Shown piece after piece: positions 37,153 through 43,789 of a DNA stretch of 43,789 nt. The stretch spans positions 1 through 43,789 of the forward strand of contig DATCQG010000212.1 in NCBI GenBank assembly GCA_036569625.1. Reading direction: 5' to 3'. The notes beneath the pieces were generated by a model. That model had not been told where the DNA came from. It was given only the letters and a program-made list of their open reading frames with translations, and did no database searches. Every line of letters begins with the position of its first letter. Position 1 is the stretch's first letter. Source of the stretch: Dermatophilaceae bacterium. GTDB lineage: Bacteria > Actinomycetota > Actinomycetes > Actinomycetales > Dermatophilaceae. The translations under genes were made by a program, and so were the position numbers.

Positions 37153-37461
37153 GTGTACGCGATCGTTCGCGCAGGCGGCCGTCAGGAGAAGGTTTCCGTC
37201 GGTGACGTCCTCATCATCGACAAGGTGAAGGGTGAGGCTGGCGACAGCATCGAGCTCACGCCGTTGCTGCTGGTCGATGGATCCACCGTGACCAGTGACG
37301 TTGCCAAGCTGGCCAAGGTCAAGGTCACCGCCGAGCTGGTCAAGGCCACCAAGGGTCCCAAGATCACCATCATGAAGTTCAAGAACAAGACGAACTCCCG
37401 CAAACGTCAGGGCCACCGTCAGCACTCGACCCAGATCCGGGTCACCGCGATCGACGCCTGA
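37153..37461 (+). CDS. rplU: 50S ribosomal protein L21
   Basis: MYAIVRAGGRQEKVSVGDVL...KFKNKTNSRKRQGHRQ. Confidence 0.95.
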   Translation: MYAIVRAGGRQEKVSVGDVLIIDKVKGEAGDSIELTPLLLVDGSTVTSDVAKLAKVKVTAELVKATKGPKITIMKFKNKTNSRKRQGHRQHSTQIRVTAIDA

Positions 37462-37515
37462 GACACGGTCGTTCTCGAACTCTGACAAGCCCAAGAACCT
37501 AAGGCAGGCACTGAC

Positions 37516-37788
37516 ATGGCACACAAAAAGGGTGCATCCTCCACCCGAAACGGGCGCGACTCCAACTCCCAGTTCCTGGGCGTCAAGCGTTTCGGCGGCC
37601 AGGCCGTCAACGCCGGCGAGATCCTCGTCCGCCAGCGTGGCACCCACTTCCACCCCGGTGACGGCGTGGGCCGTGGAGGGGACGACACGCTCTTCGCTCT
37701 GGTCGCAGGCGCGGTGAAGTTCGGCAAGAAGCGCGGACGCAAGACGGTCAACATCGTTGAGCCGGCTGCTTCCACCGAATCGGCCTGA
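37516..37788 (+). CDS. rpmA: 50S ribosomal protein L27
   Basis: [29 protein letters not shown]...QRGTHFHPG. Confidence 0.97.
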   Translation: MAHKKGASSTRNGRDSNSQFLGVKRFGGQAVNAGEILVRQRGTHFHPGDGVGRGGDDTLFALVAGAVKFGKKRGRKTVNIVEPAASTESA

Positions 37789-37810
37789 CCCCAGCCACAG
37801 CACCAGCTTC

Positions 37811-39352
37811 ATGGCGAACTTTGTTGACCACGTCCTGCTTCACGTCTCCGCCGGCGATGGGGGCCACGGCGTTGCGTCGGTTCGACGCGAGAAGTTCAAA
37901 CCGCTCGGGGGACCTGACGGCGGGAATGGTGGGCGCGGCGGCAACGTCACCCTGCTTGTCGACCCGCAGTCGACCACCCTGCTGGACTACCATCACAGCC
38001 CGCACCGCAAGGCCACGAATGGTCAGCCCGGCGGCGGCGACGACGCCAATGGCGCCGACGGAGACGACCTGATCCTTCCGGTGCCTGCTGGGACGGTCGT
38101 CAAGGGCACCGACGGTGAGGTCATCGTCGACCTGGTGACCCAGGGTGAGACGTTCGTGATTGCCCGCGGCGGTCGAGGGGGCCTGGGTAACCGGGCGCTT
38201 TCCTCACGGGCGCGCAAGGCTCCAGGCTTCGCTCTGCTCGGCGACGCCGGCGAGTCCCTTGAGATCGTGCTCGAGCTGAAGTCCCTGGCCGATGTGGCAC
38301 TGATCGGCTACCCGTCGGCCGGCAAGTCCAGCCTGGTCTCGGTCCTGAGTGCGGCCCGGCCCAAGATCGCCGACTACCCGTTCACCACGCTGGTCCCCAA
38401 CCTCGGTGTCGTGATCGCCGGCGACCAGCGTTTCACCGTGGCTGATGTGCCCGGTCTGATCCCGGGCGCGAGCGAAGGCAAAGGCCTCGGCCTGGAGTTC
38501 CTGCGGCATGTGGAGCGCTGTTCGGTCCTGGTCCACGTCATCGACTGCGCCACCCTGGACCCTGGCCGTGATCCCCTCAGTGACCTCGACTCGATCGAGA
38601 CGGAGCTCTCGCAGTATGTCGCCGACGAGTCCCTGGGGGGTCGTCCACTCTCCGAGCGCACCCGGATCGTGGTGCTGAACAAGTCCGACGTGACCGAGGC
38701 TCGCGAGCTCGCCGAGATGGTCAAGCCTGACCTCGAAGCCCGCGGAATAGAGGTGTTCATCGTCTCTGCCGTCGCCCGCACCGGGCTCAAGGAGCTGTCG
38801 TTCTCGATGGCGAAGCACGTCCTCGCGGCCCGCGCGGCGCTTGCGGAGATCAAGATCCCGCGCATCGTGCTGCGTCCCAAGGCGGTGGACGACAGCGGCT
38901 TCGTCGTGAAGAAAGAGAAGACCCCCGAGGGCGAGATCTTCCGGGTGATCGGTGACAAGCCCAGGCGTTGGGTTGACCAGACCGACTTCTCCAACGACGA
39001 AGCGGTGGGCTACCTCGCGGACCGGCTGGCCAGGGCAGGGGTCGAGAAGGCCCTGTTCAAGGCGGGTGCCGTGGCAGGTGCCACGGTGGTCATCGGCGCA
39101 GCCGACAATGCCGTCGTGTTCGACTGGGAGCCCACCATGGCCGCCGGCGCAGAGCTGCTCACCGGGCCCCGGGGCAGCGACGTGCGCCTGGACAACATGC
39201 ACCGCCCCACCCGCGAAGAGAAGCGGACCGACTACGCGGACCGACGCGCCGCCAAGACCGCCGCCCGCGATCAGCTCCAGGCTGAGCGCAAGGCAGGGCA
39301 CTGGGCGACGGCGGCCGACCACGCCGCCGGTGAGATGGAGCAGGAAGACTGA
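37811..39352 (+). CDS. obg: GTPase Obg/CgtA
   Basis: ATG 37811 ([20 protein letters not shown]). Gly-rich Obg fold [14 protein letters not shown]; G1 [10 protein letters not shown]3 [10 protein letters not shown]4 LNKSD. C-terminal OCT-like domain plus tail. Confidence 0.95.
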   Translation: MANFVDHVLLHVSAGDGGHGVASVRREKFKPLGGPDGGNGGRGGNVTLLVDPQSTTLLDYHHSPHRKATNGQPGGGDDANGADGDDLILPVPAGTVVKGTDGEVIVDLVTQGETFVIARGGRGGLGNRALSSRARKAPGFALLGDAGESLEIVLELKSLADVALIGYPSAGKSSLVSVLSAARPKIADYPFTTLVPNLGVVIAGDQRFTVADVPGLIPGASEGKGLGLEFLRHVERCSVLVHVIDCATLDPGRDPLSDLDSIETELSQYVADESLGGRPLSERTRIVVLNKSDVTEARELAEMVKPDLEARGIEVFIVSAVARTGLKELSFSMAKHVLAARAALAEIKIPRIVLRPKAVDDSGFVVKKEKTPEGEIFRVIGDKPRRWVDQTDFSNDEAVGYLADRLARAGVEKALFKAGAVAGATVVIGAADNAVVFDWEPTMAAGAELLTGPRGSDVRLDNMHRPTREEKRTDYADRRAAKTAARDQLQAERKAGHWATAADHAAGEMEQED

Positions 39353-39363
39353 CGCGTTTTCAC

Positions 39364-39369
39364 TAGACT
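39364..39369 (+). promoter_or_regulatory. Putative -10 box (TAGACT) for a leaderless proB transcript
   Basis: TAGACT-GCGCGC-GTG(39376), with no Shine-Dalgarno in the 23-nt obg-proB spacer. Confidence 0.4.
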
Positions 39370-39375
39370 GCGCGC

Positions 39376-40494
39376 GTGCCCACGCCTCATCACGCTGACC
39401 TTCGCAGCGCCCAGCGCCTTGTCGTCAAGGTCGGCTCGAGCTCGCTGACCACTCCTGACGGCGCACTGGACCACTCGAGGCTGGGCAAGCTGGTCGATGT
39501 GATCGCCGCGCGCCGGCGCCTCGGCACCCAGATCGTCCTGGTCTCCTCGGGCGCCATCGCAGCCGGCATCACACCCCTGGGACTGCTCCGGCGTCCGCGT
39601 GATCTGGCCACGCAGCAGGCAGCAGCCAGCGTCGGTCAGGGGGCCCTCGTCGCGGCATACAGCCTCGCGTTCGCGGCCCACGACCTCACCGTCGGTCAGG
39701 TCCTGTTGACTTCGGACGACGTCACTCGTCGTTCGCACTATGCCAATGCCCGACGGACCCTGGACCGGCTCCTGGACCTCGGCGTCGTCCCCGTGGTCAA
39801 CGAGAACGACACGGTCGCCACACACGAGATCCGTTTCGGGGACAACGACCGCCTCGCGGCGCTCGTGGCCCATCTCGTGCACGCCGATGCGCTGGTCCTG
39901 CTCTCGGACGTCGATGCGCTGTATGACGGGCCCCCGTCCCGGGCGGGCACCTCGCGAATTCCGTTGGTGTGGGGGGCTGATGACCTCAACAACGTCAAGA
40001 TCCGTGGCTCCGGCTCCGGCGTTGGCACAGGCGGGATGGCCACCAAGATCGAGGCTGCAGCGATCGCCACCGGCGCAGGCATCACCACGATGTTGACCTC
40101 GACCCAGCAGGCGGCTCAGGCGCTGGCGGGCGAGGACGTCGGCACCCTTTTCGCGCCTACCGGTTCCCGAAGGGCCAGCCGCCTGCTCTGGCTCGCGCAT
40201 GCCACGACTGCCCGGGGCCGGTTGATCCTCGACGATGGAGCAGTTGCTGCCGTGGTCCAACGACGCAAGTCGCTGCTACCGGCGGGGATCCTTGGTGTCG
40301 AGGGTCAGTTCGGCGACGGTGATCCCGTGGACCTGTGCGACCCGGCCGGTCGCGCCGTCGCCCGTGGACTGGTCAACTACGACTCCACCGAGCTGCCGGG
40401 GCTGCTGGGGCGAAGCACGCACGACCTGGCTCGCGAGCTCGGGCCGTCCTTCGAGCGCGAGGTTGTCCATCGGGACGACCTCGTTCTGCTCTGA
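39376..40494 (+). CDS. proB: Glutamate 5-kinase
   Basis: Motifs VVKVGSSSLT, VLVSSGAIAAG and NENDTVA. C-terminal PUA domain (VARGLVNYDSTEL). Confidence 0.93.
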   Translation: MPTPHHADLRSAQRLVVKVGSSSLTTPDGALDHSRLGKLVDVIAARRRLGTQIVLVSSGAIAAGITPLGLLRRPRDLATQQAAASVGQGALVAAYSLAFAAHDLTVGQVLLTSDDVTRRSHYANARRTLDRLLDLGVVPVVNENDTVATHEIRFGDNDRLAALVAHLVHADALVLLSDVDALYDGPPSRAGTSRIPLVWGADDLNNVKIRGSGSGVGTGGMATKIEAAAIATGAGITTMLTSTQQAAQALAGEDVGTLFAPTGSRRASRLLWLAHATTARGRLILDDGAVAAVVQRRKSLLPAGILGVEGQFGDGDPVDLCDPAGRAVARGLVNYDSTELPGLLGRSTHDLARELGPSFEREVVHRDDLVLL

Positions 40495-40501
40495 AGCCCT
40501 T

Positions 40502-40507
40502 TAGTCT
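40502..40507 (+). promoter_or_regulatory. Putative -10 box (TAGTCT) for a leaderless proA transcript
   Basis: TAGTCT-GGACCC-ATG(40514), with no Shine-Dalgarno in the 19-nt proB-proA spacer. Confidence 0.4.
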
Positions 40508-40513
40508 GGACCC

Positions 40514-41800
40514 ATGGCCGAATCGATCGATCCCGAGATCACCGCACACGTCGCCGCGCTGGCCGGTGCGGCCCGCCGGGCCTCGCGCCGCCTCGGGCTG
40601 CTCTCGCGGGCCGACAAGGACGCGGCGCTGCGTGCGATGGCCGATGCCCTCGACTCTGCCTCGGCCGAGATCATCGCGGCCAACAACGAGGACGTTGCGC
40701 GGGGGCGGGCCGAGGGACTGGCAGAGGGACTGATCGACCGGCTCCGGCTGGACGAGGCCCGGGTCGGTGCAGTGGCGGAGGCGTTGCGGGACATCGCCGC
40801 GCTGCCAGACCCGGTCGGGGAGGTCGTCCGCGGATCGACGCTGGCCAACGGACTGCAGATTCGCCAGCTGCGGGTGCCGATGGGTGTCGTCGCCATGATC
40901 TACGAGGCTCGCCCGAACGTGACGGTCGATGCGGCCGGCCTGGCACTCAAGAGCGGCAACGCCGTGATTCTTCGCGGGGGCGCCGCGGCCGGCGCGAGCA
41001 ACCGTGCCCTCGTGAGAGTGCTGCGCACCGCGCTGGAGGCCCAGGGTCTCCCAGCCGACGCGGTCTCGCTGTTGGACGAGGGCGGCCGCGACGCCGTCCG
41101 CGCGCTGATGACGGCACGCGGCCTGGTCGACGTGCTCATCCCGCGGGGCGGTGCCGATCTGATCCAGACGGTCGTGCGCGAGTCGACGGTGCCGGTCATC
41201 GAGACGGGCGTGGGCAACTGCCACGTCTACGTCGACGCTGCAGCGGACCTCGACAAGGCGCTGGCCATCACGGTCAACTCCAAGACCCACCGGATCAGCG
41301 TCTGCAACGCCGCCGAGTCCCTGCTCGTCCATCGCAGTATCGCCGCCGCGTTCCTGCCCAAGGTCCTCGCGCAGCTGGGCTCGGAAGGGGTCACGGTCCA
41401 CGGCGACGCCGAGCTCGAGCCCTTCGCACGTGAGGCCGGCACGGCATACACCCTGGCCACGGACGAGGACTTCGGCCGTGAGTACCTCTCGCTGGACATC
41501 AGCGCACGGATCGTCGACTCGCTGGACGAGGCGCTGGCCCATGTTCAGCAGTACGGCACCGGCCACACCGAGGCCATCGTGACCGAGGACCGCGGGGCGG
41601 CCCGTCGCTGGACCGCGGAGGTGGATGCGGCGGCGGTCATGGTCAACGCCTCGACGCGCTTCACAGATGGCGGCGAGTTCGGGTTCGGCGCAGAAATAGG
41701 GATCTCCACCCAGAAGCTGCACGCGCGGGGACCGATGGGTCTGGCAGAGCTCACCACCACCAAGTGGGTCGTCGAGGGCGACGGCCAGATCCGCTACTGA
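40514..41800 (+). CDS. proA: Glutamate-5-semialdehyde dehydrogenase (gamma-glutamyl phosphate reductase)
   Basis: Aldehyde-dehydrogenase fold with catalytic Cys in [24 protein letters not shown]-like segment ([11 protein letters not shown]) and [13 protein letters not shown]. Confidence 0.93.
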   Translation: MAESIDPEITAHVAALAGAARRASRRLGLLSRADKDAALRAMADALDSASAEIIAANNEDVARGRAEGLAEGLIDRLRLDEARVGAVAEALRDIAALPDPVGEVVRGSTLANGLQIRQLRVPMGVVAMIYEARPNVTVDAAGLALKSGNAVILRGGAAAGASNRALVRVLRTALEAQGLPADAVSLLDEGGRDAVRALMTARGLVDVLIPRGGADLIQTVVRESTVPVIETGVGNCHVYVDAAADLDKALAITVNSKTHRISVCNAAESLLVHRSIAAAFLPKVLAQLGSEGVTVHGDAELEPFAREAGTAYTLATDEDFGREYLSLDISARIVDSLDEALAHVQQYGTGHTEAIVTEDRGAARRWTAEVDAAAVMVNASTRFTDGGEFGFGAEIGISTQKLHARGPMGLAELTTTKWVVEGDGQIRY

Positions 41801-41816
41801 AGGCCGGCTCACCGGC

Positions 41817-41822
41817 TAGGCT
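41817..41822 (+). promoter_or_regulatory. Putative -10 box (TAGGCT) for a leaderless transcript starting at ATG 41829
   Basis: TAGGCT-GTGCCC-ATG(41829). Confidence 0.35.
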
Positions 41823-41828
41823 GTGCCC

Positions 41829-42017
41829 ATGTTGTTCATGTCCGCAGCCGCCACGCTGGCCACCGCAGATGCGCTGAAGCCACGCGTGCTGCCTATGTCC
41901 ACGTGGGCCTACGGTGGCATCGCCCTTGCTGCCTTCCTCGCCCTCTTGGGGGTGCTGTGGACCTTTCGCAACACCGCCGCCAAGTACGACAAGCCCGGCC
42001 CCGGGGCGGGGCGCTGA
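41829..42017 (+). CDS. Small (62-aa) hydrophobic protein of unknown function
   Basis: [62 protein letters not shown] contains one clear TM helix. This frame has strong G/C third-position bias, whereas the overlapping 41903 frame reads as Arg-rich nonsense. The track start GTG 41823 is an alternative. Confidence 0.5.
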   Translation: MLFMSAAATLATADALKPRVLPMSTWAYGGIALAAFLALLGVLWTFRNTAAKYDKPGPGAGR

Positions 42018-42613
42018 CCAGGCGCGTCGGCGTCATGGGTGGGACCTTCGATCCCATCCATCATGGCCACCTCGTGGCCGCAAGCGAGGTTCAGGCGCTG
42101 TACGACCTCGACGAGGTCGTGTTCGTGCCGACCGGGGAGCCGTGGCAGAAGGACTCTGTTCCGGTGTCGCCGGCCGAACATCGCTACCTGATGACCGTCA
42201 TCGCCACAGCCTCCAACCCGCGCTTCACCGTGAGCCGCGTCGACCTCGACCGGACCGGTCCGACGTACACCATCGACACGCTGCGTGATCTGCGCGCACA
42301 GCGCCCGGGCGCCGAGCTGTTCTTCATCACCGGTGCCGACGCATTGGCACAGATCCTGTCGTGGAAGGACATCGACGAGCTGTGGGAGCTTGCCCACTTC
42401 ATCGGGGTGACCCGGCCGGGTCATGTCCTCAGCGACATCGGCCTGCCCGTGGACCGGGTTACCCTTCAGGAGATCCCCGCCATGGCGATCAGCTCCACCA
42501 ACTGTCGTGCTCGGGTCCTTGAGGGTGCACCCGTCTGGTACCTCGTGCCAGACGGAGTCGCGCAGTACATCGCCAAGCACGGGCTCTATCGGCCCCATCC
42601 AGCGCCCACATGA
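42014..42613 (+). CDS. nadD: Nicotinate-nucleotide adenylyltransferase
   Basis: Motifs [15 protein letters not shown] (HxGH) and AISSTNCR (ISST). The start is uncertain: CTG 42014 gives (M)TRRVGVMGG, the usual N-terminus; the first ATG (42035) would remove most of strand beta-1; GTG 41957 is a more distant alternative. Confidence 0.85.
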   Translation: MTRRVGVMGGTFDPIHHGHLVAASEVQALYDLDEVVFVPTGEPWQKDSVPVSPAEHRYLMTVIATASNPRFTVSRVDLDRTGPTYTIDTLRDLRAQRPGAELFFITGADALAQILSWKDIDELWELAHFIGVTRPGHVLSDIGLPVDRVTLQEIPAMAISSTNCRARVLEGAPVWYLVPDGVAQYIAKHGLYRPHPAPT

Positions 42614-42643
42614 CCAGCAGCACCCAACCACCAGGAGGACCGC

Positions 42644-43000
42644 GTGGCTGCCACGCAACATGCCATTGATCTCGCCAAGGCTGCCGCCGTGGCCGCGGAG
42701 GACAAGCTGGCCACGAAGATCGTCGCGCTCGACGTCAGTGAACAGCTCGCGCTGACCGATATCTTCGTGCTCGCATCGGCTCCCAACGACCGCCAGGTCA
42801 ATGCCATCGTCGACGGCGTCGAGGACAAGCTTCGCGAGCTGGGCGTCAAGCCGGTGCGTCGTGAGGGCGAGCGCGACGGTCGGTGGGTCCTGCTCGACTT
42901 CTCCGACATCGTGGTGCACGTCCAGCACGAGGAGGAGCGGGCCTACTACCAGCTCGAGCGGCTCTGGAAGGACTGCCCGGCCATCGACCTCACGCACTGA
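42644..43000 (+). CDS. rsfS: Ribosome silencing factor RsfS (iojap family)
   Basis: AGGAGG precedes GTG 42644. Motif DIFVLASAPNDRQVNAIVDGVEDKL...WVLLDFSDIVVHVQHEEERAYYQLERLW. Confidence 0.88.
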   Translation: MAATQHAIDLAKAAAVAAEDKLATKIVALDVSEQLALTDIFVLASAPNDRQVNAIVDGVEDKLRELGVKPVRREGERDGRWVLLDFSDIVVHVQHEEERAYYQLERLWKDCPAIDLTH

Positions 43001-43632
43001 TGGCTGCGAAAGAAGGGGCACGGACGCTGATCGTCTGGCGTCATGGCGAGACCGACCACAACGCCGAAGGCATCTGGCAGGGTCAGCTCGACACCGCGCT
43101 GTCCGACAAGGGCCGCGAGCAGGCGGCGGCAGCGGCGCTCACGCTCGCGGCATACAGCCCCTCGGTCATCGTCAGCAGCGACCTCCAGCGCGCGGCGGAC
43201 ACCGCACGCACACTCGCCTCTCTTGTGGGGCTGGAGGTGCGTTATGACGAGCGGCTGCGTGAGATCCACGCCGGCCAGTGGCAGGGGATGACCGCTGGCG
43301 ACGTGGCCGAGCGGTTCCCCGAGGAGCAGGCGGCGCTCGCCGCGGGTGACGACATCCCCCGCGGCGGCGACGGTGAGAGTCTGAGCCAGGTTGCCGAGCG
43401 CACCCGGGCCGCGGTCGACGAGCTCCTGGCGGATCTTGGGCCGGGGGAGTGCGCTGTCATCGCCACACATGGAGTCTCCGGCCGCGCCGTCGTGGCGTCG
43501 ATGGTGGGACTGGACCAGCACCTCGCATGGCAGTCGATCGCCGGACTGCACAACTGCCATTGGGCCGAGCTGAGTGAATATACCGCCGGATGGCGGATCG
43601 CAGCCTGGAACGTCGGACCTGATCCGGCCTGA
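43000..43632 (+). CDS. Histidine phosphatase family protein (phosphoglycerate-mutase-like)
   Basis: The ATG overlaps the rsfS stop (TGATG). Motifs LIVWRHGETDHN (RHG motif) and VIATHGVSGR. It occupies the same position as the histidine phosphatase after rsfS in mycobacteria (recalled). Confidence 0.85.
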   Translation: MAAKEGARTLIVWRHGETDHNAEGIWQGQLDTALSDKGREQAAAAALTLAAYSPSVIVSSDLQRAADTARTLASLVGLEVRYDERLREIHAGQWQGMTAGDVAERFPEEQAALAAGDDIPRGGDGESLSQVAERTRAAVDELLADLGPGECAVIATHGVSGRAVVASMVGLDQHLAWQSIAGLHNCHWAELSEYTAGWRIAAWNVGPDPA

Positions 43633-43642
43633 GCCTGCCGAT

Positions 43643-43673
43643 TTGGTGAATCACGGGGGGTGGCCGATAAACT
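43643..43673 (+). promoter_or_regulatory. Possible promoter for the tRNA-Ala gene
   Basis: TTGGTG (43643-43648) is followed 19 nt later by TAAACT (43668-43673), about 40 nt upstream of the mature tRNA 5' end. The spacing is slightly long, so support is weak. Confidence 0.25.
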
Positions 43674-43715
43674 CACCCGGTCCCCACCACGGGGCACGCG
43701 CGCGAGCGATCGTGC

Positions 43716-43789
43716 GGGGCTGTGGCGCAGCTGGTAGCGCACCTCCATGGCATGGAGGGGGTCAGGGGTTCGAATCCCCTCAGCTCCAC
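43716..43789 (+). tRNA. tRNA-Ala (anticodon GGC); the 3' CCA runs into the window edge
   Basis: Hand-folded cloverleaf: acceptor GGGGCTG/CAGCTCC with G3:U70; D arm GCGC-AGCTGGTA-GCGC; anticodon arm CCTCC-ATGGCAT-GGAGG (anticodon GGC); variable loop GGGTC; T arm AGGGG-TTCGAAT-CCCCT; discriminator A. Confidence 0.95.

Noticed and set aside
40373-43021. 479-aa and 370-aa minus-strand ORFs (40373..41812 and 41909..43021)
   Set aside because: They are antisense to proA and to nadD/rsfS, all of which carry diagnostic motifs on the plus strand. The antisense products are Arg/Asp/Gly-rich nonsense.

Overview
This is a very GC-rich, almost gap-free coding window. Its gene order matches the conserved chromosomal core of Actinomycetota; this and all family calls come from motif and synteny recall, not a database search. 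From left to right: (1) A pot-type polyamine ABC importer: potD (5'-truncated by the window edge), potA, a frameshifted potB, and potC. It is translationally coupled to a saccharopine-dehydrogenase-family enzyme and an agmatinase-family ureohydrolase. (2) A stand-alone ATPase made only of a DnaB C-terminal domain. (3) dxr-rseP-ispG-GNAT-proS. (4) A less conserved stretch: HAD hydrolase, TauE/SafE permease, a convergent DUF255 thioredoxin-domain protein, three exported or membrane hydrolases (GH25/Rv2525c-like, esterase, SGNH) and an Ala-rich Tat lipoprotein. (5) rimP-nusA-ylxR-infB-rbfA-truB-ribF. (6) An acyl-CoA ligase, then an uncharacterised radical-SAM (TIGR03960-like) / DUF2344 (TIGR03936-like) pair split by an opposite-strand gene encoding an internally duplicated small-domain protein. 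(7) rne-rplU-rpmA-obg-proB-proA-small membrane ORF-nadD-rsfS-histidine phosphatase, with tRNA-Ala(GGC) at the right edge. I saw no transposase, integrase, CRISPR array, rRNA or obvious defence island, and I cannot point to a clear-cut new multi-gene system. The points most worth a second look are: the split radical-SAM/DUF2344 pair next to rne; the importer/SDH-like/ureohydrolase operon with its 1-nt potB frameshift; the DnaB_C-only ATPase; a recurrent TANNNT-N6-start-codon geometry implying several leaderless transcripts; a probable CTG-initiated nadD coupled to a small upstream ORF; and a 27-bp perfect inverted repeat between convergent genes. The many long antisense ORFs in the track are treated as GC-content artefacts.
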